Origin: Candidatus Naiadarchaeum limnaeum
Lineage (GTDB): Archaea > Undinarchaeota > Undinarchaeia > Undinarchaeales > Naiadarchaeaceae
DNA: 40,748 bases
Direction of reading: 5' to 3'
Assembly: GCA_014189685.1 (NCBI GenBank)
Contig: DVAB01000017.1
Span: 1-40,748, forward strand
In this document: positions 32,760 to 40,748 of the stretch, piece after piece
How positions within the stretch are numbered: position 1 is the first letter of the stretch
Layout: each line of letters begins with the position of its first letter
The notes under the pieces: generated by a model
Database searches by the model: none
Told to the model about the DNA's origin: nothing
The model's input: only the letters and a program-made list of their open reading frames with translations
Program-made: the position numbers and the translations under genes

Positions 32760-33377
32760 CTACCAATTTAGATAATCGAATATAAAAGCTCCGCTATAAT
32801 GCGCAAAAAATCCTGGCAAAAATGATTTTGCTTTTAAGCAAACATATCCTAAAACAATTCCTGCGAAAAAACTATAGTATAATTCTCCGGCCGGCTTTCC
32901 GTAGTGTATAAAGAAGTATGGGATATTTTGCAGCAAAATCGCAAGATAATCATTTTTAACAGATTTTCTGAACAATTGAAGCGCGAATCCCCTGTAAAAA
33001 AATTCTAAAAAGAAAAATCCAGGCAAAGCTAAAAATTCAAACTTTAAAAATTCAGGAAAATTTCGCGCGAAAAACTGCGGATAAAAAGCATTAAACTCGG
33101 GGAGGCGCGCCGCATAGAGCATGATTGGAATTGAAATTAAAATAAGCGCGGCTGAATAAAAGAAAATTTCTTTTTTGCGTTCAATAGAAACTCCGATTTC
33201 TGAAAATCTTTGTTTGTATACAAACGAAAGCGCAAGAGGAACTAAAAGTAAAATTGCCCCTTGAAATGCTATACTAGCAAAAATTTCATTTGGGGAAAAT
33301 TTCCACAAAACGAATGAAATAATTGACACAAAAGCAAAAATCAAAATTGCTTTGAAATAATTATTTTCCATATCCAA
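32760..33377 (-). CDS. CPBP-family (CAAX-type) intramembrane protease
   Basis: EFFYRG (EExxxR-like) motif, FxxxH motifs (FFIHY, FFAHY), and a multi-TM architecture. Confidence 0.8.
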   Translation of the reverse strand: MDMENNYFKAILIFAFVSIISFVLWKFSPNEIFASIAFQGAILLLVPLALSFVYKQRFSEIGVSIERKKEIFFYSAALILISIPIMLYAARLPEFNAFYPQFFARNFPEFLKFEFLALPGFFFLEFFYRGFALQLFRKSVKNDYLAILLQNIPYFFIHYGKPAGELYYSFFAGIVLGYVCLKAKSFLPGFFAHYSGAFIFDYLNW

Positions 33378-35232
33378 GCTTCTTTTGCAGAATTTCCATT
33401 ATTAACTTTCCATCTGTGCGACCGCGGACCTCTTTCATTATATCGCCCATAAGAGGTTGCAAAGCGCTTTCGCCTTTTTCTTGAATTAATTTTGTGTTTT
33501 CTGAAACAATTTTATCAATTATTTTTTCCAAATCCGCGTAGGATAACTTCTCTAATCCTAAATCTGAGATTATCGCATCCAAATTTTTACCCAAATTGTT
33601 TAGCCACGCTTCCAAAACTTGAGGAATTGCCTCCTTGCTAAACTTTCCACCCTTGAGGGCATTAAATAAATCTAAAAAGTGCTTTGCGCTTAGTTCAACT
33701 TCTGGATTTAGAGAATTCCATGTGTTTGTAAGCGTATTTGCAATAATAGTTGGTTCAATTTTTGTTAAATCGAAAAGCTTTTCGAACAATTGAACTTTAT
33801 TTTCGTTGTAAAGTTCTGTTGCTAATTCATTTGATAATTTGTATTTTTTCTCAATCTGTTTAATCTGCTCCCAGGGGGGCTTTGGAAGTTTTTTCTTCAG
33901 CTCAGAAAGTTTTCTTGACTGGACAACTATTGGCATTAAATCAGTCTCTGGATACATCCTTGCGCCGCCAGGAAGCGGTCTTATATAAGAAGTTGTTCCG
34001 TCTGAATTTGCTTTTCTTGTTTCTCCAGGCAATTTTTCAAAGGCTAAATTTATTCTGTCAACAACTGCGTTTAATGCTTTTTCACTAACTTCTTTCAAAT
34101 CCACAATTAAAATAAAAGCATCTTTGTCTGTTAATGAAAGCGCTGCGCGCACTCGCATAACCTCATCAAAAGTAACTCCATAAGCTGGAAGCTCGTCTGA
34201 GTGAAATATTCCAGAAGTGCCCATTGATTTTGCATAATCCGCAAGTTCTGTTCCAAATCTTCGCCCAGGGGAAACTTCTTTTTTCAAAAGTCCTGCAAAC
34301 TTTGGAAGTTTAAGTGCATAAACTAATTTTCCAAATTCAATCGCACTTTTAATTATTTTTGATTGCGAAGTTGTAAAAATTTGTGAAATATCGTAAAATT
34401 TTTTCTCGGGATAAGGAGCATTCCTTAATCTTAAATCATCGCGCAAACTTAAAAGTGCAACTTGCCTTATAACTTCGTTTTCAACAGCTTTCGCAATCAG
34501 ATTTAATTCCTGAACTCCTTTTATCTCAACTCTTGCACCATGTGCAATTGAAACATTGAGGTCCTGCCTTATTGTCCCAATCCCGCGCTTTACTTTCCCT
34601 GTTGAGCGTAGCAAAAGACCAAGAGTTAAAGCAACCTCGCGCGCCATTTCAGGGGAAGTTATTTGTGGCGCAGTTGCAATTTCAATCAGAGGAACTCCCA
34701 ATCTATCGAGATTGTATACAACCTCGTCTGGCTTCGCACTTATTATTCGAGCAGCATCTTCTTCCACGCAAATTGTTTGTATTCCAATTTTATCCCCTGT
34801 GCGCAGTTTTAATTCTCCGTTTGTGGAAATTAAAGCTGTTCTTTGAAACCCAGAAGTGTTTGAGCCATCAATCACAGTTTTTCGCATAATATGGATTTCA
34901 TCAACAGGCTTAGCACGCAATAATGCAGAGAGCAAAATCGCAGTATCAAGCACATCGTAATTAATTTCATGCGGCGGCTCCTCATCCAATTCAACTAAAC
35001 AATTTGAATCATTGTAAAATTGATAAACATAACTCGCGCCGCGCAGAGCTGCTTGCATTGCTGCTGGATCAACTTCTCCTAATTCTCCGGCAACAGCGTG
35101 CAATTTCCTTTTTATTAAGATATCAGGTTCGCGCTCCTGTAAAATACTTGGGCAGTCGCAAAATAATTTTTCAGTGTCTAACTGCTGGTGGATTTCTAAT
35201 CCACATTTTAGGCCAAGGGATTTGTAGTCCAT
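33361..35232 (-). CDS. gatE: Glutamyl-tRNA(Gln) amidotransferase subunit E
   Basis: LKCGLEIHQQL start and GatB/E core motifs, 623 aa. Sits immediately downstream of gatD. Confidence 0.95.
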   Translation of the reverse strand: MDYKSLGLKCGLEIHQQLDTEKLFCDCPSILQEREPDILIKRKLHAVAGELGEVDPAAMQAALRGASYVYQFYNDSNCLVELDEEPPHEINYDVLDTAILLSALLRAKPVDEIHIMRKTVIDGSNTSGFQRTALISTNGELKLRTGDKIGIQTICVEEDAARIISAKPDEVVYNLDRLGVPLIEIATAPQITSPEMAREVALTLGLLLRSTGKVKRGIGTIRQDLNVSIAHGARVEIKGVQELNLIAKAVENEVIRQVALLSLRDDLRLRNAPYPEKKFYDISQIFTTSQSKIIKSAIEFGKLVYALKLPKFAGLLKKEVSPGRRFGTELADYAKSMGTSGIFHSDELPAYGVTFDEVMRVRAALSLTDKDAFILIVDLKEVSEKALNAVVDRINLAFEKLPGETRKANSDGTTSYIRPLPGGARMYPETDLMPIVVQSRKLSELKKKLPKPPWEQIKQIEKKYKLSNELATELYNENKVQLFEKLFDLTKIEPTIIANTLTNTWNSLNPEVELSAKHFLDLFNALKGGKFSKEAIPQVLEAWLNNLGKNLDAIISDLGLEKLSYADLEKIIDKIVSENTKLIQEKGESALQPLMGDIMKEVRGRTDGKLIMEILQKKLGYGK

Positions 35233-35234
35233 AA

Positions 35235-36542
35235 TCAGTAAAGGAAAGTCTCAGGTTCAATTCTTTCTGCAAATTCATTCGCAATGTTTGTGAGCATTAA
35301 TTCTTTTATTTTTGAAAGAGCTTTTGTCTTTCCGAGAACTAATCCCAATTTCACATACGCAACTTCTGGGAGCAAATCTTTTAAATAAACAGCACCAGCT
35401 TCTTGTATTAATCTTCCAGCTGAATAAACTAAGGGATCAGTTCCTCCATAGAGAGTTTGCGTTGTTATTCCAACAAAAACTTTTCCCTCAATCGCTTTTT
35501 TGATTGAATTCAACCATTTGTTCTCCTCTTTAAGCGGATTTGTCGAAACATGCCCAAATCCTGTTCCTGCAATTATTATTCCTTTGTAATCTTTTGAAAC
35601 ATAATAATCCAAAATTTCTGGAAGGGCGCCTGGATAATAATAAATCAACGCAACTTTTTCATCAAATTTTGCATCTGCCTCTACTTTTGAATTAGAGCGA
35701 GTTTTGTGCTTTGGATTTATAATTACAATATTCCCATCAGGGAAAATTTTCGCAAGCGGAAATTCATTTATTGGGCGGAATGTATCTCTGCGCGAGGAAT
35801 GCATTTTGCGAACTTTTGTCCCGCGCGAGGCAATGCAATATTCATCATCTGTTTTTCCGTGCATAACAACTGCAACCTCTGCAATTTCGCTTAAACAATA
35901 ATGCGCTGCGCAAACTAAATTCATGTTCCCATCAAAGCTTCCCCTATCAACAGAGCGCTGCGCCCCGACTAAAGCAACTGGCTTGTTCAAATTTTTCAGC
36001 ATAAAAGAAAGCGCGGCTGCGGTGTAATGCAATGTATCTGTGCCATGAGTTACTATGACTCCGTGCACTTGTGGATCATTTAGTTCCTTTGCAACCTCTT
36101 TTGCAATAACAGTCCATTCATTTGGAGTCATGTCCTCGCTCCATAGTGTAAATGGCTTCAAAATGTGTTTAACATTAACAATTTTTGCCAGATCAGGCAC
36201 ACCTTCTAAAAGTTCTTCAGGAGTTGTAAAAGGAAAAACCCCGCCTGTCCTATAATCAACTTTGCTTGTTATTGTTCCGCCTGTGGCAATTACAGAAATT
36301 TTTGGCTTTTCTTGGTCAAAACTTAGTGGCGATGAGCCATGAGCGGTTGGCTTTGGACCGGATAATTTTTCTACATTTTTAATTGCGCTGATAAGAATTC
36401 CTATGTTATAGCCATTATCAAGTTTCAAAACTATGTGCTCCTTATCCGCAAGCTCTGGCCGGGGCATAACTATGCCTTCATATGTATTTTGCTTAGCAGT
36501 AATTCGAACTCGATCCCCTGTGCCAAAATTGAATTTTTCCAT
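35235..36542 (-). CDS. gatD: Glutamyl-tRNA(Gln) amidotransferase subunit D
   Basis: Asparaginase-type motifs IATGGTITSKVDYRTGG and THGTDTL, with an N-terminal AD domain. Confidence 0.95.
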   Translation of the reverse strand: MEKFNFGTGDRVRITAKQNTYEGIVMPRPELADKEHIVLKLDNGYNIGILISAIKNVEKLSGPKPTAHGSSPLSFDQEKPKISVIATGGTITSKVDYRTGGVFPFTTPEELLEGVPDLAKIVNVKHILKPFTLWSEDMTPNEWTVIAKEVAKELNDPQVHGVIVTHGTDTLHYTAAALSFMLKNLNKPVALVGAQRSVDRGSFDGNMNLVCAAHYCLSEIAEVAVVMHGKTDDEYCIASRGTKVRKMHSSRRDTFRPINEFPLAKIFPDGNIVIINPKHKTRSNSKVEADAKFDEKVALIYYYPGALPEILDYYVSKDYKGIIIAGTGFGHVSTNPLKEENKWLNSIKKAIEGKVFVGITTQTLYGGTDPLVYSAGRLIQEAGAVYLKDLLPEVAYVKLGLVLGKTKALSKIKELMLTNIANEFAERIEPETFLY

Positions 36543-36563
36543 ACTGAGTATTAAATTGAGAAT

Positions 36564-36574
36564 CTATTTATAAT
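36564..36574. promoter_or_regulatory. Single central TATA element between divergent genes gatD and 36602
   Basis: ctatttataat lies 22-32 nt from ATG 36542 (minus strand) and 28-38 nt from ATG 36602 (plus strand). The spacer is 59 nt. Confidence 0.45.
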
Positions 36575-36601
36575 TTAGGCACCTTAGGGACAAATAGCAA
36601 T

Positions 36602-36955
36602 ATGCCACAAATTAAGAAGTTCACAAAAGCAGAATTTAGAAGAACAGTGCAAAAAACACTTGGTGATGGATGGTTTGGGGAGAGAATACTTAATTCTGCA
36701 TACAGAAAATACGAGGAATTGTTCACTCATATTCGCAATTTAAGTAAAAAAGAACCTCATGAGTTACTTATACTTCTGCAAGATTTTGGGGGTTTAAGAG
36801 ATCAGCATTTTGAGAAATTTATGATTCACGCACCAACAGAGGGCGTACAAATAGAGAAAGAACTAGCTGCCTATCTGGCATTTAAAGTAATCTGCGACGA
36901 GATAATGAGATTTGCATTTGCAAGAGTATATTCTTCTTCTTTTGCAAAGAGATAA
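36602..36955 (+). CDS. Hypothetical cytoplasmic protein (117 aa)
   Basis: ORF with a TATA box at the correct distance. No motif recognised. Confidence 0.5.
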   Translation: MPQIKKFTKAEFRRTVQKTLGDGWFGERILNSAYRKYEELFTHIRNLSKKEPHELLILLQDFGGLRDQHFEKFMIHAPTEGVQIEKELAAYLAFKVICDEIMRFAFARVYSSSFAKR

Positions 36956-37006
36956 AATCGAAAATTAATAACTTATTTATAATTAGATATTAAATCACTA
37001 TCCTCT

Positions 37007-37984
37007 ATGAATATTGAGCGGGAGTTGGCAAGGCATGGCAAATTAGTTGACCGCGAAATCAATAGAGTGATTTCTGAAAATTTTCCGAAAAACCTTTATG
37101 AGCCGATAAAATACCATCTGGGTGCAGGCGGAAAAAGAATTCGCCCTGCTCTCTGTCTTTTGAGCTGCGAGGCTGTTGGAGGAAAAGTAAAAAATGTTCT
37201 ACCAATTGCAACCGCGATTGAAATGATACACGGCTTCAGTTTGATTCATGATGATATTGAAGACAGGGATGAGTTGAGAAGAGGAAACCCAACAGTTTGG
37301 AAAGTTTGGGGCGAAGCACTTGCTATAAATGCAGGCGATGGATTGTTTACAAAAGCATTTGAAAGCGCAGCGAATTTAAAGGGAAAAAATTCAAATGAGG
37401 CTTTGAAAATTTTTGCTCGCGCAGTTTTGGAGGTTTGTGAGGGACAGGCGTTGGATATAAGTTTTGAAAAAAGTGATGCTGTAACTGAAAAAGATTATTT
37501 GGAAATGACTTCTAGAAAAACTGGCGCACTTATGGAGGCTGCTTGCAAAACAGGGGCTTTAATTGGGGGTGGCTCGAAAAAAGAAGTTAATGCGCTTGCG
37601 AACTATGGAAGAAAAATCGGAATTGCTTTTCAGATTTGGGATGACTATATTGATTTTGCCTCAGAAAAAACCGGAAAAACTTTTGGGCTTGATATAAAGA
37701 AGGGAAAGAAAACTTTTATTGTGTGCCACGCGCTCGCAAGAATAAAAGGAGAGGATAGAGCAAGATTGTTTGAAATTTTAAAAGCTCCTGTATATGAAAC
37801 AACGGATGAGATGGTTAGAGAAGCTGTAGAAATTTTGAATAATAGTGGCTCGATTGATTATGCAAATGAGTATGCGCAAAAACTTGTGAATGAGGCAAAA
37901 GCTGAATTAAAAGTTTTGAAAAATACAAAGGCAAAACAAACCCTTTTGGAGTTTGCGGATTTTGTGGTTAGAAGGGAATATTAG
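37007..37984 (+). CDS. idsA: Polyprenyl (geranylgeranyl) diphosphate synthase
   Basis: First Asp-rich motif LIHDDIEDRDELRRG and second motif IWDDYID. Confidence 0.9.
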   Translation: MNIERELARHGKLVDREINRVISENFPKNLYEPIKYHLGAGGKRIRPALCLLSCEAVGGKVKNVLPIATAIEMIHGFSLIHDDIEDRDELRRGNPTVWKVWGEALAINAGDGLFTKAFESAANLKGKNSNEALKIFARAVLEVCEGQALDISFEKSDAVTEKDYLEMTSRKTGALMEAACKTGALIGGGSKKEVNALANYGRKIGIAFQIWDDYIDFASEKTGKTFGLDIKKGKKTFIVCHALARIKGEDRARLFEILKAPVYETTDEMVREAVEILNNSGSIDYANEYAQKLVNEAKAELKVLKNTKAKQTLLEFADFVVRREY

Positions 37985-38030
37985 AGGGTAGATTTATAAA
38001 GAATGCTTACTTATTCTCACTAGTGCTGCG

Positions 38031-40721
38031 ATGGTGAATAATAACCGCTTAGCTGTGTTAACATTTCTAATAATTTTTTCTACAGCAATTGCTCCTGTTC
38101 TTGCTGATGGAACTGGACTATCGGTAACACAAGTTCAAACTCCGTTTAATTTTAGGGACGTTGGGAATTCCACGCCAGCAGTCTACACTATCTGGGCTAA
38201 TGTGGAAAACACTGGCGGAGGGACAGTTAGTTTTGTAAATGTTACTTTTATCTACCCATTTGGAATTAATCCACAAACTGCTGGAAATTGCTTTAATTCA
38301 GAGAGAACTTTTAACCTAACTCATGAAAGCTGCACTGTTGGATATTATAACTTGTCAGCAGGCGGGGGTTCGAATGCAACTCTAAATGTTATAGCAAATA
38401 TTTCAGCTCTTACAATGAGCTATGCGGGCCACAATGTTACTCGGCCAGAATACATTTATGCAACCTCCAATGCCTCAAATGGCTCAAGTGTGGTTTCATC
38501 AGCAACGCAGCATAATCAGACTCCTTTTTGGATAAACCCAAGGCCGTATGCTCATGTAGCGCTGTTTAATAACACTTCTGAAACAAATTACACCATAGAC
38601 TCAGCGAACTCAAATGGAACTGTTTATATAACAAACTGGAACCAGACAAGAAATGGCTATATTGCAATGACTCCGCTAGTGCAATACAACAGCACTTTGG
38701 GCTATCCGCTCCCGGTTTATAACACGTATGCACAAATCTTCTATATGGATAGAACACCAATGGAAGCTGCAGCTGATTCTAGTAGCCCTATTTATATGGA
38801 GCCGCTCAGCTATAACCTGACTTTTAGGATAGTCATTCCTTTTGTAAATAACAGCAGTGCAATAAATCAAACATACAATATACACTCTCCTGTAGCAGAG
38901 GGCAATTCAAACCAGAGGTTAGTACCGTTGCTAATAGAACAATTCACCCAGCCCGGCATGATGGGAGAGAATATTACATTTATATTCGCGCGCCCTGTAT
39001 CACTTAATGGACTGACTGGAGTGGCAAACGGTCCATTTTCTGTTTGGTATGCGGTAAACAACTCATCCAACCCATCAATAAAAAACGAAACCGGGGGCAT
39101 AAACAGAACAATTTACACAACTACTAATCTTTCAACAGAGAGGGGCATAGATATTGTTTATGCTATCTATAGTACAACTTACAATCCACAATCAGGGTAT
39201 TCTACACTAACAATTCGGGCAAGAAATGCTTCGCATTTGAACAACACAGATATAAGCATATTATTTACACTCCTTGACTGGCAAGCTGGTGTCCAAAGTT
39301 CCCCTATTACAATTAGAGTCCAAAACATAAGCGGATTTAATCATACACACCCCCCTAAATCTGGCGATAATATTACAACAACTTATCTAATAAATATTAC
39401 AAACCAGCTTGGTAATCATACTTTAAGCAATTTAAGCATACGATTTATAACGCCCGGCAACGTTTCTATTTTGAATGGCTCAAACGCAGGATTAACGCAT
39501 GTAATAACAGATCTCAACAATGCCAGCTTTAAGTATTCAACTAATAATTTGACTTATGCTTATGCTGCTCCGTGGGAAGGTGCTATTAATTTTACAAAAT
39601 CAGTAAATATGACAGACAGAACAGGACCAATGCAAGGCTCAGTGATAACCATGAACTTTACAATTGTAGATGTATTGCTTGGAAGCCATTTTAATAATTG
39701 GATACCAGGTGCGCCAGGAAATGTATCAAACCACAGCCGTGCTACATTAAACTTTACAATGTACATGAGCACTCCTGTTATGAACTTTACAAATAATACA
39801 CCAGGAACAGGTGGCAGTAGGAATTCTTACAACGCAACAATACAAATGCCAATTACTGGAAGAATGAATTTGAGCGATAAACTCCCTGGATTTGCTTCAA
39901 ACGTAACTGACTACAATATAACAATAGACGGAAAAACCTACAGCAACACCACAGATGGAAATATTTCTATTAGCAGTTTAATTATAAACAATTTAGAAGC
40001 CGGCGCTCATTCAATCTCTGTGAGCTATGTTGTTCCATCTGCTGGCGGAGGAGGGGGAGACAGTGGCTCCTCGGGTGGAGGAGGCGGTGGCGGAGGAGGG
40101 GTAGGAGGAGTTGCACTTCCGAGCGAGAGCAAAGCACTTGGAATGATTCCTGCCGGCACTACAGCCCTAGCAGTATTTGAAAAAGCAGAGGACTTGTATG
40201 TGAGCCAAATTGCTATAACTCCAAAAAGTGAAATTGCGAATGCAGTTGTAAAAATAACTAAATATTTCGAGAGGCCTGCTGCTGTTCCAGATCCGACAAA
40301 GGCTCAAATAAACCCAGTTGGGTTAATCGCAACTGGAATGGCCATTCTGGTTAGAGGAGAAAGTTTAAGCCTGCAGGCAGCTGAGCCGCGCAAAGCTGTA
40401 TTTGCGTACTTGAATATTGAAACGATTAATTTCAAGAGCGAAAGTTTAGAAAGAGCAGAGATACAGTTTTTAGTTAACAAGAGCTGGCTTACTAAGAATG
40501 GATTTGCAGAGAACGATGTTTCTCTGCTGAGATATTCCAAGAATTGGCAAAAATTAAAGACTGAAAGAGTTGGAAGCGTTGGGGATAAATTAACCTATAA
40601 AGCTGTTAGCTCAGGATTGTCAACATTTGCTATTTATGCAGAAGGAAAAGTATTGGCTGCAGAGGAAGTTGAAAAAGCTCCGGAAGTTGTAACTGAAGAA
40701 GAGCGTCACAGCCCCATTTAA
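38031..40721 (+). CDS. Large secreted surface (S-layer-like) glycoprotein with a poly-Gly linker and a PGF-pre-PGF-like C-terminal domain
   Basis: Signal peptide LAVLTFLIIFSTAIAPVLADG. By hand count there are roughly 50 N-x-S/T sequons in the first ~660 aa. Linker SAGGGGGDSGSSGGGGGGGGGVGG. The C-terminal segment VFAYLNIET...AEIQFLVNKSWLTKNGFAENDVSLLRYSKNWQKLKTE...YKAVSSGLSTFAIYAEG matches my recollection of the archaeal PGF-pre-PGF domain. Confidence 0.85.
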   Translation: MVNNNRLAVLTFLIIFSTAIAPVLADGTGLSVTQVQTPFNFRDVGNSTPAVYTIWANVENTGGGTVSFVNVTFIYPFGINPQTAGNCFNSERTFNLTHESCTVGYYNLSAGGGSNATLNVIANISALTMSYAGHNVTRPEYIYATSNASNGSSVVSSATQHNQTPFWINPRPYAHVALFNNTSETNYTIDSANSNGTVYITNWNQTRNGYIAMTPLVQYNSTLGYPLPVYNTYAQIFYMDRTPMEAAADSSSPIYMEPLSYNLTFRIVIPFVNNSSAINQTYNIHSPVAEGNSNQRLVPLLIEQFTQPGMMGENITFIFARPVSLNGLTGVANGPFSVWYAVNNSSNPSIKNETGGINRTIYTTTNLSTERGIDIVYAIYSTTYNPQSGYSTLTIRARNASHLNNTDISILFTLLDWQAGVQSSPITIRVQNISGFNHTHPPKSGDNITTTYLINITNQLGNHTLSNLSIRFITPGNVSILNGSNAGLTHVITDLNNASFKYSTNNLTYAYAAPWEGAINFTKSVNMTDRTGPMQGSVITMNFTIVDVLLGSHFNNWIPGAPGNVSNHSRATLNFTMYMSTPVMNFTNNTPGTGGSRNSYNATIQMPITGRMNLSDKLPGFASNVTDYNITIDGKTYSNTTDGNISISSLIINNLEAGAHSISVSYVVPSAGGGGGDSGSSGGGGGGGGGVGGVALPSESKALGMIPAGTTALAVFEKAEDLYVSQIAITPKSEIANAVVKITKYFERPAAVPDPTKAQINPVGLIATGMAILVRGESLSLQAAEPRKAVFAYLNIETINFKSESLERAEIQFLVNKSWLTKNGFAENDVSLLRYSKNWQKLKTERVGSVGDKLTYKAVSSGLSTFAIYAEGKVLAAEEVEKAPEVVTEEERHSPI

Positions 40722-40748
40722 AAAAAAAAGAATAATAAAAAACAAAAA

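Noticed and set aside
40041-40110. A G-rich repetitive tract (ggcggaggaggggga...ggtggcggaggagg), considered as a possible repeat, CRISPR-like element or G-quadruplex.
   Set aside because: It is in frame and encodes the poly-Gly/Ser linker of the surface glycoprotein. There is no spacer-repeat periodicity. The same reasoning applies to the C/A-rich tract 10261-10315, which encodes the Pro/Thr stalk of the cupredoxin.

Overview
AT-rich, very tightly packed archaeal chromosome segment with about 47 protein genes. No rRNA, tRNA, CRISPR array or recognisable mobile element was found by eye. The archaeal assignment rests on gatD/gatE, ribosomal protein L40e, a GGPP synthase, a Y-family polymerase, a PGF-pre-PGF-type surface glycoprotein, and TATA boxes 25-35 nt upstream of many start codons, implying mostly leaderless mRNAs. 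Gene overlaps and shared stop codons suggest a small-genome, DPANN-like lineage; that is inference. Housekeeping genes: pyrG-htpX-rpl40e, glmS, gatDE, dinB, tatD, idsA-like. About half the window (2.4-21.9 kb) is devoted to metal and extracytoplasmic thiol homeostasis. This includes a co-directional array at 2448-10610: two paralogous PCC-motif exported proteins, a small Met/His protein, a thioredoxin-fold protein, CcdA, membrane proteins, YHS proteins, a CopA ATPase and a cupredoxin. It continues with ZIP, UPF0016, glutaredoxin, DtxR plus FTR1, and DsbA plus a CxxC membrane partner. Most unusual observations: (1) three exported proteins in the thiol/copper array end in the same Gly-Gly-(x)-Cys-Gly/Ala tail, and two of them share an unnamed PCC...C-x-HG domain; (2) copA is interrupted by a single in-frame TAG; (3) a GC-rich tandem-hairpin element occurs in the ZIP leader and again, in frame, inside glmS; (4) a duplicated TATA-plus-palindrome block (GTTAGG-N3/4-CCTAAC) precedes the DtxR gene and the FTR1 gene; (5) there are large multi-domain surface proteins, one carrying about 50 N-glycosylation sequons. 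All functional calls come from motif recognition by eye; no database search was run.
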